The notes under the pieces are model-generated. The model made no database searches, was not told where the DNA came from, and was given only the letters and a program-made list of their open reading frames with translations. This document shows, piece by piece, positions 7,850 through 16,374 of a stretch of 32,000 bases of DNA (positions within the stretch are counted from its first letter, which is position 1; every line of letters starts with the position of its first letter). Source of the DNA: Candidatus Lokiarchaeum ossiferum (GTDB taxonomy: Archaea; Asgardarchaeota; Lokiarchaeia; Sigyniarchaeales; Promethearchaeaceae); contig CP104013.1 of assembly GCA_025839675.1 (NCBI GenBank), forward strand, positions 4,380,001 to 4,412,000, in the 5' to 3' direction. A program made the translations under genes and the position numbers.

Positions 7850-9220
7850 ATGATGAAGAAATTTAAAGAAAAATCCACGATGCAAGTAATTTATTTGATG
7901 GCTTTTGTGAATAGTGCCATCGGATCTTCCATGATCCCCTTGTTGGTCAAGTTATCTCAACAATTCTGGCCAAATGAACCATTCCATGCATTAGATATGG
8001 GGTTAGTCATTTCGGTTCAAGCGTGGAGTTTTGCCATAATGTGTCTATTGATTGGGCCTCTTTCAACTTATATTCGTAAAAAAACCATAATTATTATCCT
8101 GAATTCTTTAGTTGGGTTTGGAATTATTTTAATTTCTCTCATCAATCAATATCCGGCTCTTATTGTTGGAAATATCTTGATCGGGATGGGTGGAGGGATG
8201 GGTCCTATAATTCAAGCGTTAATTTCCGATGCTGTGGCTCCTGAAGAAAAAAGCAATGCCTATGGTAAATTAGCCATTGCATACACTGTTGGCTATGCGA
8301 TTGGGATGCTCATTTCCTCCGTAACATTTCTTCCTTGGAATATCCTTTTAGCGTTATTAGGTTTCGTAGCTTTCTTAAATTCTATATTATATTTGTCATT
8401 TGGAAAATCATTTCGTTTAGCCGAAAATGATGCGGTTTTACAGAAGGTTATGAAAAATTCTAAAGCCAAATATGAGTATAAAATGAATTTTGAGAGTGTG
8501 AAAAGAATATTCAAATCAAAATCTAATCTTTTGATGATAATTGAAGGCTTTTTCTCAGTAATTATGTTCGGTATCATTGATGTTGCAATTATACCCTTCT
8601 TTCAAGTAAAATATGCGTTTATAGATACGTTTTATGTTGTATTACTTCTTGGATTGTTGAATCTTGTTGGCACATTAATAGGAACTCGTATTTTTGCTAG
8701 AATATCGAATAAAATTGGGAAAAGATCTTACCCTAAAAATTTCCATGGGCGAATTAAAGCAATCATATTTGCCTTTAGCTTTCTAATCTTTAGTCTGGCC
8801 TTCTTCTTCATTGTTCCGTTTTCTTCAAATATTCAAAGCATTCCAGAATTTTTCACGGATCCAATAATGTTGCTAAAATTTGCACTAATTCTTGTGTTTA
8901 TGGCAACAACTTCCATATTTGATATTAATCAACCAATTGTAATCGAAGCTTTGAATCTTCCTGAAACTCGAAGCACCTTATATTCGACCAATCGATTTAT
9001 TGAAGCGATAGGTCGAGGTATTGGTCCTGTTATTCTCGGGTTTTTCCTCCAAAAATTTCCAGGTAATTATCCGATTGCTATTTCGCTATCTCTTCTCTTC
9101 GTGATTCCAGGAATTATTTGTTGGCTCTTCATTTACCATTATTTTGAAGGAGATTATCAACCAATTCTAAAAACTTTGAATGAAAGAAAGGACGAAATTG
9201 AACAAAAACTTTCCAATTAA
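7850..9220 (+). CDS. Major facilitator superfamily transporter
   Basis: Repeated hydrophobic segments across 456 aa are consistent with ~12 TM helices. A central basic loop (KSFRLAENDAVLQKVMKNSKAKYEYK) separates two halves. Confidence 0.7.
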   Translation: MMKKFKEKSTMQVIYLMAFVNSAIGSSMIPLLVKLSQQFWPNEPFHALDMGLVISVQAWSFAIMCLLIGPLSTYIRKKTIIIILNSLVGFGIILISLINQYPALIVGNILIGMGGGMGPIIQALISDAVAPEEKSNAYGKLAIAYTVGYAIGMLISSVTFLPWNILLALLGFVAFLNSILYLSFGKSFRLAENDAVLQKVMKNSKAKYEYKMNFESVKRIFKSKSNLLMIIEGFFSVIMFGIIDVAIIPFFQVKYAFIDTFYVVLLLGLLNLVGTLIGTRIFARISNKIGKRSYPKNFHGRIKAIIFAFSFLIFSLAFFFIVPFSSNIQSIPEFFTDPIMLLKFALILVFMATTSIFDINQPIVIEALNLPETRSTLYSTNRFIEAIGRGIGPVILGFFLQKFPGNYPIAISLSLLFVIPGIICWLFIYHYFEGDYQPILKTLNERKDEIEQKLSN

Positions 9221-9275
9221 TCTTCCCCAGCTCCAAATCGGAAAATTTTTTGATTATGGTATTTTTTTTATCTTA

Positions 9276-10142
9276 ATGGGTTTTAAAGAAATGCTTCAGG
9301 AAGAATTGCTAAAAACTAATTCTATTCCTGAAGATCTATTACAACATTTACCCCGTGGTTTCCAAGAATTAAATCGACGTGCTATTTTGAATCTTAAACC
9401 TCCACTACAACCCTATGGAAAAGAGATTGCGATAGCCATGCACTCCATTCTGCATCGCATAGAAGCGGTATGGGTACGATCAGGTCAAATTGAAGGCAAA
9501 TTCCGTCAACCTAAAGGTTTGACACATGTATGGGGGGATGAAAGTACCGAAGTAATTGTCTCTGAAAATGGTGTTCGCTATAAATTTGATTTTACGCGCA
9601 TTATGTTTGCAAAAGGGAACACACATGAACGTTCCCTTCTTCCAAAGAAAATTAAGAAAGGTGAAGTCATTATTGATATGTTTGCTGGAATCGGGTATTT
9701 CTCCCTAGGGATTGCAAAGTCCAAAAAACCCCAAAAAATGTATTCAATTGAATGGAATCCCGAATCCTTCAAATATTTACAAGAGAATGTGAAGTTAAAT
9801 CACGTTGAATCTATCATTACACCGATTTTTGGAGATTGCAAAGAAAATATCATGAAATTGGTCAAACAAGGGGTGCGAGCAGACCGCATTATTATGGGAT
9901 TACTTCCTGCACCCGTAGATGCAATTGAATATGCTATACAAGCAACTAAAGATGAAGGGACCATTGTTATTTATGAAGGGGTAGAACCGAAAGAGTCTAC
10001 ATTGATGTTCGATGAATTTACCCAGATTGCGAATGATAATGGGTATGAAACGCAATTATTAGAACGGCGCTTAGTGAAAGCTTTTAAACCCCATGAATAT
10101 CATGTTGTCATTGAAATTCTTGTAAAAAAGAAATTTCAATAA
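9276..10142 (+). CDS. Trm5/TYW2(Taw2)-family SAM-dependent tRNA methyltransferase / aminocarboxypropyl transferase
   Basis: Met-10+ family pattern: YKFDFTRIMFAKGNTHER, SAM-binding DMFAGIGYFSLGIA, EWNPESFKYLQENVKLN and RIIMGLLP. ATG 9276 was chosen because the ORF-track start 9180 overlaps the MFS gene. Confidence 0.75.
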   Translation: MGFKEMLQEELLKTNSIPEDLLQHLPRGFQELNRRAILNLKPPLQPYGKEIAIAMHSILHRIEAVWVRSGQIEGKFRQPKGLTHVWGDESTEVIVSENGVRYKFDFTRIMFAKGNTHERSLLPKKIKKGEVIIDMFAGIGYFSLGIAKSKKPQKMYSIEWNPESFKYLQENVKLNHVESIITPIFGDCKENIMKLVKQGVRADRIIMGLLPAPVDAIEYAIQATKDEGTIVIYEGVEPKESTLMFDEFTQIANDNGYETQLLERRLVKAFKPHEYHVVIEILVKKKFQ

Positions 10143-10223
10143 ATCCCTTGCGGAATCTTTTTTATCTTGATTGATGATATTGTAGTATACGAAATTTATT
10201 TTATTTTGGTTAGGTGTTAACTC

Positions 10224-11810
10224 TTGAGTAAGAACAATTTAAAAAACACAATTTGTTTTGACTATTCCCATAATAATATGTTAACTATTGAGTCTCCTAG
10301 CTATGCTGATTTTACTCAATTTCTCTTTGGTTCTTCATTTAGCCTTGGAAAGATTCAAGCTGGCTTTTCTGGTATAGATAAACTCGAGAAGTATCGCATG
10401 GTTGTAATTGGAGGTCCTCGAGAATCTCAATTTTCTGAAGTGGAAATTAAGGTTCTGGTTGAATTTGTAAAAAAGGGGGGAAGCTTACTAATAGTTCATG
10501 ATGAAGGGGGAGATTATGGAGCAAATACTAATCTTTCCGCTTTAACTCATCATTTTGGGTTTGAATTTTCAAACAATATTGTTTTTGATTCCATGAATTT
10601 TCAGGGGAAGCAAACTCGCGTAATCGTGAAGGATTTTGAAGCTCACCCCACGACTCGTAATTTAGATGGGATTGTTCAATCCAGTGCTTGTAGTATAAAA
10701 ATAAACAAAATTATTGAAGCCGATGAGAATATTCATATCTTTCCCCTCGCTCGTTCCAGCATCAATGCTTTTCATACTCAATGGGACGGGGAAGAGTGGG
10801 TAAAAGAAGTAGATGCACCTCGCAGTGTTCTAGCCAGTTGTACGCATTTTTATAATGGGCGAGTTATTGCTCTTTGTACAGTTTCAATGTTTTCTTCATT
10901 ATCGTCTGCCTATGGTTATTTTGCTTTATCCAATCAAGATTTCTTAACAAGTATCTTTACTTGGTTATTAGAGCCTCCAGAATCTGTGAAGGGGCTGTCT
11001 CGTGATGAAAAATTAATCAATATCCCTTTGAATTATAATTTATTCGTTTGGTTAGAAAAGTTAGTTCAAGAAAAAGCTTGGGATAATATCGGAGATATTG
11101 TTAACTTTGCGGTCAAATTTTTCAAGGATGATTATGTAAATATCATGTTAATGGGTGAAGAAAGGAGAAAACGTCTAAAAGCAGAACGAAAAAAGCAACT
11201 TATTGATTTACAAAAAATTGCAGATGGGACAGAACGAAAACGCCAAACAAAATTATTGGAGAATGAAAGTAAAATTTTAAATTTAGGTGGTTATGAAGTC
11301 GATACTGTGCGAGAACTTGAAGATATTATGTCGAGTCTTCGAGATATCACTGGTGGGGAAGTGGGAAACGATATTAATTTTAATGAATTAAAAAAATCTC
11401 CTCAAACTCCAAATAAGAATGATTCGGTGTCATTATCATCAAATAAAGAAAAAAAACAAAAAGAAAATTGTCTTGAATTCAATCAATTAGCCTTAGATGA
11501 TGATAAAATTTTGAAGAAACAACTTTCCTCTAATACTCTTTCGGTTTCTTGTGAGGAACCAGGCGATGTTCCCCAAAACACTGTCATTAATGAACAAAAT
11601 ATGATTTCTGATGACATTCCTATTGAAAAGAATACTCGTAGGTCCACGCTCATTTCTGGGAAAGAAGTATCTCCAAAAATGCATTCTTTAAAGGCCCGAG
11701 CCGATGCGGCGTTGGATGCGGCAATGAAATCCCTTGATTCCTTTGATGAGTTTACAAAAAAGTTGGATGCTTTCAAAACATTGAAGGATGATGACGATCC
11801 TGTTAAATAA
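10224..11810 (+). CDS. Cytoplasmic GIFT-domain (GldG/IFT52-like) protein with long coiled-coil/disordered acidic tail
   Basis: TTG start with AGGTG 7 nt upstream. The N-terminal ~250 aa contains ICFDYSHNNMLT, MVVIGGPRESQFSEVEIKVLVEFVKKGGSLLIVHDEGGDYGANTNLSAL and GRVIALCTVSMFSS...FTWLLEP. No signal peptide or TM segment. The C-terminal half is Lys/Glu/Asp-rich. Confidence 0.6.
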   Translation: MSKNNLKNTICFDYSHNNMLTIESPSYADFTQFLFGSSFSLGKIQAGFSGIDKLEKYRMVVIGGPRESQFSEVEIKVLVEFVKKGGSLLIVHDEGGDYGANTNLSALTHHFGFEFSNNIVFDSMNFQGKQTRVIVKDFEAHPTTRNLDGIVQSSACSIKINKIIEADENIHIFPLARSSINAFHTQWDGEEWVKEVDAPRSVLASCTHFYNGRVIALCTVSMFSSLSSAYGYFALSNQDFLTSIFTWLLEPPESVKGLSRDEKLINIPLNYNLFVWLEKLVQEKAWDNIGDIVNFAVKFFKDDYVNIMLMGEERRKRLKAERKKQLIDLQKIADGTERKRQTKLLENESKILNLGGYEVDTVRELEDIMSSLRDITGGEVGNDINFNELKKSPQTPNKNDSVSLSSNKEKKQKENCLEFNQLALDDDKILKKQLSSNTLSVSCEEPGDVPQNTVINEQNMISDDIPIEKNTRRSTLISGKEVSPKMHSLKARADAALDAAMKSLDSFDEFTKKLDAFKTLKDDDDPVK

Positions 11811-12642
11811 ATTCGTCTAAATGTTCTTCAATATATTGAAACACTCCTCCTTCATGGTTTGAAGGAATAATAAGATCCGCAATTTTTTTTACTGAATCAA
11901 CAGCATTTGCTACTGCAATTCCTTGACTTGCAATTTTTAGCATATCGGTATCATTATGATTATCTCCAATCGCTATTACATCTTCTATTTTTACATTAAT
12001 TACTGATAATAAATGCTTAAGCATTTTGTCTTTTCCCGCTTCATGAGAATTAATTTCCAACCAGAACCATTCTCCCGCGATTCCTGATGTGGAGTATGCA
12101 ACATCTTCAATATAAATGATATTTACTTGATTTCCATACTTTTCTTTAACCCATTTTAGTAAGGGATCGAGTTGTTCTTTTTTTGCATGGTATTGAATGC
12201 TAACACACTGTAATTCGAGTAAAGGATATACTTTATCGGATGATAAAAATGTTATTTCCTTTTGAGGTCCCCAAACACCTTTATTAAAATGCATTTGTTG
12301 CTTTTTAGGGTCAAATGCAGCAAAAACAATCGGAAAAAGTTGGAATTCTTGTCCTTTTTGAACTAGATGTTTACTGATATTATCATCAATATGAGTTATT
12401 TTCAGGTATGTTTCAGTTGCAAGTTCTGCTAGAATTGCACCATTGGTGAGAATTACGGGATATTTTAAAGTTAATCCATTAATTGCTTTCATCGTTTTTT
12501 TTAAATCTCTTCCTGTGGCGATTGTAAAAGCTAAACCTTGATCGATCCATTTATTAAGTTGCTCAATATACTTTTTTGATAATTTACCAGGTGTATCTAA
12601 GAGAGTCCCATCTAAATCTGTGATAATGAATTTCTTTGCCAT
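11803..12642 (-). CDS. Cof-type HAD-IIB phosphatase
   Basis: Motif I ITDLDGTLLD, TGRD, and motif IV GDNHNDTDM. Its stop overlaps the convergent 10224-11810 gene by 8 nt. Confidence 0.8.
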   Translation of the reverse strand: MAKKFIITDLDGTLLDTPGKLSKKYIEQLNKWIDQGLAFTIATGRDLKKTMKAINGLTLKYPVILTNGAILAELATETYLKITHIDDNISKHLVQKGQEFQLFPIVFAAFDPKKQQMHFNKGVWGPQKEITFLSSDKVYPLLELQCVSIQYHAKKEQLDPLLKWVKEKYGNQVNIIYIEDVAYSTSGIAGEWFWLEINSHEAGKDKMLKHLLSVINVKIEDVIAIGDNHNDTDMLKIASQGIAVANAVDSVKKIADLIIPSNHEGGVFQYIEEHLDEFI

Positions 12643-12689
12643 TAAAAAACCTTAACTTAATAAAAAATACCGATGAAATAAATATACCG

Positions 12690-13445
12690 ATGAAGATCAT
12701 TTTTCATAAAGCTTTCTTAAAATCCTATGATCATACCCCCGCTGGAGATCAGAATCGTTTGCTTCCTTCTTGGAAATTATTGAAGTCAGATCCTTCGAAT
12801 GAGTTTATTGAACCTAAACCTGCTGCAATTGAATGTTTAGAACGAGCTCATACCAAATCTCAAATCGAAGAAATTAAAAAACATTCTTATTATAAAACTG
12901 CTTCTCTGAGTGCTGGTGCCGCAATAAAATGTGCGGATTTAGCAAAAGATGGTATTAATTCTTTTGGTTTAATCCGACCTCCGGGTCATCATGCTTCACG
13001 GGATTCTAATTGGGGGTTTTGTTACTTTAACAATATCGCAGTATCTTTACTTCATCTACGAGCAACCTCTTCAATTAAACGTGCATTTATCCTCGATTTT
13101 GATTTGCATGAGGGTGATGGAAACATTAATATATTGTCTCCATTCCATGATTATGAAATTCTTAATCCTGATGCTTCTACAGAAGAAGAGTATTTGATGA
13201 TCGTGGAAAATGCATTAAAGAATGCTCAAGATTGTGATATCATCGTTGCTTCTGCGGGATTTGATCAAGGAATAGGAGATTGGGGTAACCTACTAAGTGA
13301 AGAAAGCTATGATAAAATTGGGCGAATAATGAAAGAATTTTCCTTAAAGCGCTGTAATGGGAGAAGATATGCTCTTTTAGAAGGGGGTTATAATTCAGAA
13401 CGCCTTGCACTGAATATCAAGGCATTCTTGGATGGTTTTAGATAA
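12690..13445 (+). CDS. Histone deacetylase / acetoin-utilisation (arginase-deacetylase superfamily) protein
   Basis: RPPGHHA catalytic His pair, DFDLHEGDGN metal-binding block (HEGDG instead of the usual HHGDG) and LLEGGYN. ATG 12690 was chosen over the upstream TTG 12636. Confidence 0.8.
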   Translation: MKIIFHKAFLKSYDHTPAGDQNRLLPSWKLLKSDPSNEFIEPKPAAIECLERAHTKSQIEEIKKHSYYKTASLSAGAAIKCADLAKDGINSFGLIRPPGHHASRDSNWGFCYFNNIAVSLLHLRATSSIKRAFILDFDLHEGDGNINILSPFHDYEILNPDASTEEEYLMIVENALKNAQDCDIIVASAGFDQGIGDWGNLLSEESYDKIGRIMKEFSLKRCNGRRYALLEGGYNSERLALNIKAFLDGFR

Positions 13446-13451
13446 AAAATC

Positions 13452-14444
13452 TCAGTCTGGTAAGAAATTAGAATTCAACTGGATATTTGCTAAATTTCTA
13501 GGACCAGCATAACATAAATAGCCTTGATTTGTTGCTGAAGCATACACATCATTAATAAACCGCGGAAAAGTACAATATTCAACTTCAAGGACGAATTTTC
13601 CTGCAGAAAGAAATGTCTGTAAATACTGATTGGTGTAATCGCATTCTTCCTTTGAATTTTTCCAATTATCCTCATATTCCACATCTTCTCTTCCAATTCC
13701 ATCGACATAATCGAGATATCCTTCAAGTTCTGCCAATCTTTCACCATTTTGTGGGACGATAAGAAATTCCGGATTTATTGATTTTGCGTATTGCGAAATG
13801 TTTTTGACAAAATTCACCATTTTTTGGGGGGCTAAGCTATCGCCTAGTTCTTCAAAATACTCAAATGCATCAATGATGTCCATATAGATACCTGCAAATC
13901 CTTGAGTTATAATCTTATCTACATAAGACTCATTTGTTCCGAAGATTATATTTGCCCATTCTTCTTTCCAAAATTTCACTTTATAATTTCCTTCCCAGTC
14001 TGGATTTTCAATATCTAACCAATCAGGTGCAGATTCATCTGGAATTCCATCATTATCTGCATCCCAATTCTGATCCCAATAGTCTCTATACGTTTCTGCT
14101 TCTCCAATTGAGATATAACTCAATAAAATTTTTGGTTGTTTAGAATTGAATTGAATATAATGAATTTCTTCTTGAGTCCAAGCTGTAGTATCATAAAAGG
14201 CATCCATGATAATCAAGTCAAAGGGAGTAGATTTAAGATCTTCTACAACCCCTTCTTTTGAATTATACTGATCATATTGGAGAATATAAGTGAAATCATT
14301 CACTTCAATATCATTTATTTGAAAAACATTTGGCTCATAATCGTTTCCTTGATAAAATGGATTATATATATAGAAAAATCCCCCTAAAATTATTATGATT
14401 AAGGCTGAAACGGTCAGAAGTAATATCTTTTTTTTCATAAACAT
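13452..14444 (-). CDS. Membrane-anchored GH114-like (MJ1477/TM1410 family) putative endo-alpha-1,4-polygalactosaminidase
   Basis: N-terminal signal anchor KKKILLLTVSALIIIILGGFF. LLSYISIGEAETYRDYW, NYKVKFWKEEW and GFAGIYMDIIDAFEY resemble the TIM-barrel GH114 family. Confidence 0.65.
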   Translation of the reverse strand: MFMKKKILLLTVSALIIIILGGFFYIYNPFYQGNDYEPNVFQINDIEVNDFTYILQYDQYNSKEGVVEDLKSTPFDLIIMDAFYDTTAWTQEEIHYIQFNSKQPKILLSYISIGEAETYRDYWDQNWDADNDGIPDESAPDWLDIENPDWEGNYKVKFWKEEWANIIFGTNESYVDKIITQGFAGIYMDIIDAFEYFEELGDSLAPQKMVNFVKNISQYAKSINPEFLIVPQNGERLAELEGYLDYVDGIGREDVEYEDNWKNSKEECDYTNQYLQTFLSAGKFVLEVEYCTFPRFINDVYASATNQGYLCYAGPRNLANIQLNSNFLPD

Positions 14445-14469
14445 ATCTTTGCAATATAGATTAAAAAAA

Positions 14470-15510
14470 CTATTTCTTAAGAAATGGAAGTAATGCTTTA
14501 TAGATAGGAGCTTCTCCCGATGTAGTGTTCGAAATTATACTTATAATCCAATCTTTTTCTTCAACGAACTTAGTGTTAAATCCCACTCCGGCATCTTCAC
14601 CCATTAATCCAATCAAAAGATTGGTATCGTTCCCAATTATATACATTCCCAATCCGTAGAATACATCTCTTGAAGGATTTATTTCAACATGTTTTGTTTT
14701 AAAGAGGGTTGTCAACTCTTCATTGAGAATAGAATATGAGTTGAAACATCTCCAAATTTTTTTTAGATCACTAACTGTAGTATAGGCTCCTCCGTCGGAC
14801 GCGCCCCTGATTGGTAAATTGTAAATATTTGTTTGCCATGTCCCATCCTTTTTATCCATATATCCAATGGCAGTTCGATCTGGCAGTTTATTCATTGCAA
14901 AAAATCCAGAATCATACATTTCACAAGGTTTGAAAATTTGTTGTTTAATAAAATCTCGATATTTTAAACCTGTCACATCCTCAATAATAATTCCTAAAAG
15001 GATGTAACCTCCGTTAGAATAGCAGAATTTATCACCTGGCTGAAATTTCATGCCTTGATCTTGAAATATTGGAATGTAATCAGATGGGGTTTCTAAAAAA
15101 TACCATGGTAAAGATAAATAGTAATTGTCAAAATCTTCAACTAAATCCTCATCATAATGGTCAAAAACCCCTGATGTATGGGTAAGGAGGTGGCGGACAG
15201 TTATATCTGGTGCAAAATTTGGAAAGTTTGATTTGACTAGATCACAAAATCTTGAGTCTAATTTAATCTTTCCTTCTTCTATTAACTTTCCTATTCCCAA
15301 AGCGGTAAAAAATTTGGAACCTGATGCCATTCCAAATCTTGTTTTGACTGTATTAAGAATTTTATTGCTCCGATCTGCATATCCATAAGCTTTTTCAAAA
15401 ATTATTTTTCCGCATTCTTCTATCGAAATAACACCTGAAAAATGAAATTTTTCTGTTGCGTTTTTAATTAATTCGTGTATTTGCGGATATAGCATATTTA
15501 AAAATATCAT
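14470..15510 (-). CDS. Beta-lactamase-fold serine hydrolase (class C / esterase EstB-like)
   Basis: S-x-x-K nucleophile motif in FGMASGSKFFTALGIGKL, with YSNGGY downstream. Length of ~346 aa is typical of the family. Confidence 0.75.
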   Translation of the reverse strand: MIFLNMLYPQIHELIKNATEKFHFSGVISIEECGKIIFEKAYGYADRSNKILNTVKTRFGMASGSKFFTALGIGKLIEEGKIKLDSRFCDLVKSNFPNFAPDITVRHLLTHTSGVFDHYDEDLVEDFDNYYLSLPWYFLETPSDYIPIFQDQGMKFQPGDKFCYSNGGYILLGIIIEDVTGLKYRDFIKQQIFKPCEMYDSGFFAMNKLPDRTAIGYMDKKDGTWQTNIYNLPIRGASDGGAYTTVSDLKKIWRCFNSYSILNEELTTLFKTKHVEINPSRDVFYGLGMYIIGNDTNLLIGLMGEDAGVGFNTKFVEEKDWIISIISNTTSGEAPIYKALLPFLKK

Positions 15511-15618
15511 TATTTTGAATTAAATTTTTCTTTGGGTTTTAGGAAATAAGTAAGGTTCACATTTAACTTAAACCCGAAAATTTTATTCTTTTAATGCAAA
15601 CGTACATATAGAAATATA

Positions 15619-16362
15619 ATGGTTGCAAGCAATTTCATAAAACCAAGTCAAAATAAAGCTACACGAATTCAAATGCTTCATGAAATGTTTGAACAGATTA
15701 AGGGAACAACTGTTCTTTTAGAAGAATTACAGCCGGATCCGAAAAATTATAATTTTGATTCCGCAAATATTCGTAAGGAACATGCTTTTAAAACTCTAAT
15801 TGCCACCATGCTTTCCGTTCGATCAAAAGATGAAACAACCTTGAAAGTGATTGAAAACTTATGGAAGCATTATGATACTCCTCAAAAATTAGCTCATGCT
15901 CCTTTAGAGCATGTTGAACAATTAATTCACAGTTCTGGAACTTATCGCCAAAAAGCAAAGCGAATTATTGAAGCTAGTCGAATAATTCATGAAGAATATA
16001 ATGACGAAGTTCCACCTTCACAAGAAAAACTCATGAGAATTAAAGGTGTGGGGCGAAAAGTGGCTAATTGTGTTCTTGTGGTGTCTTTTAACATTCCCGT
16101 GATTCCAGTGGATACCCATGTGCACCGGATTTCAAATCGTACTGGGTGGGTAACAACCAATTCTCCCGAAAAAACAGAATTAGCTTTGGAACAAGCATTT
16201 CCAAAATCTGAATGGTTAGTGATTAACTATACATTGGTATCTTTTGGAAAAACAATTTGTAAACCAATAGGACCCAAGTGTGAAATGTGCGTAGTAAATG
16301 ATCGCTGTATGAAACGTATTGTTATTGCCCCAAGAAAACAAAAGAAGGTTAGTAAAAAATAA
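15619..16362 (+). CDS. nth: Endonuclease III (HhH-GPD DNA glycosylase/AP lyase)
   Basis: HhH motif with catalytic Lys (IKGVGRKVANCVL), VDTHVHRI, and a C-terminal 4Fe-4S cluster motif CKPIGPKCEMCVVNDRC (C-x6-C-x2-C-x5-C). Confidence 0.9.
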   Translation: MVASNFIKPSQNKATRIQMLHEMFEQIKGTTVLLEELQPDPKNYNFDSANIRKEHAFKTLIATMLSVRSKDETTLKVIENLWKHYDTPQKLAHAPLEHVEQLIHSSGTYRQKAKRIIEASRIIHEEYNDEVPPSQEKLMRIKGVGRKVANCVLVVSFNIPVIPVDTHVHRISNRTGWVTTNSPEKTELALEQAFPKSEWLVINYTLVSFGKTICKPIGPKCEMCVVNDRCMKRIVIAPRKQKKVSKK

Positions 16363-16374
16363 TTTTGGTAAAAA

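Noticed and set aside
7123-9772. Small nested ORFs 7123-7332(+), 8293-8577(-) and 9578-9772(-)
   Set aside because: They lie in alternative frames or antisense within the PadR-like, MFS and Trm5/Taw2 genes, and have no supporting features.
11483-11776. Two minus-strand ORFs (97 and 63 aa) at the 3' end of the GIFT-domain gene
   Set aside because: They are antisense to a low-complexity coding tail. There is no start context, and they overlap a supported CDS.
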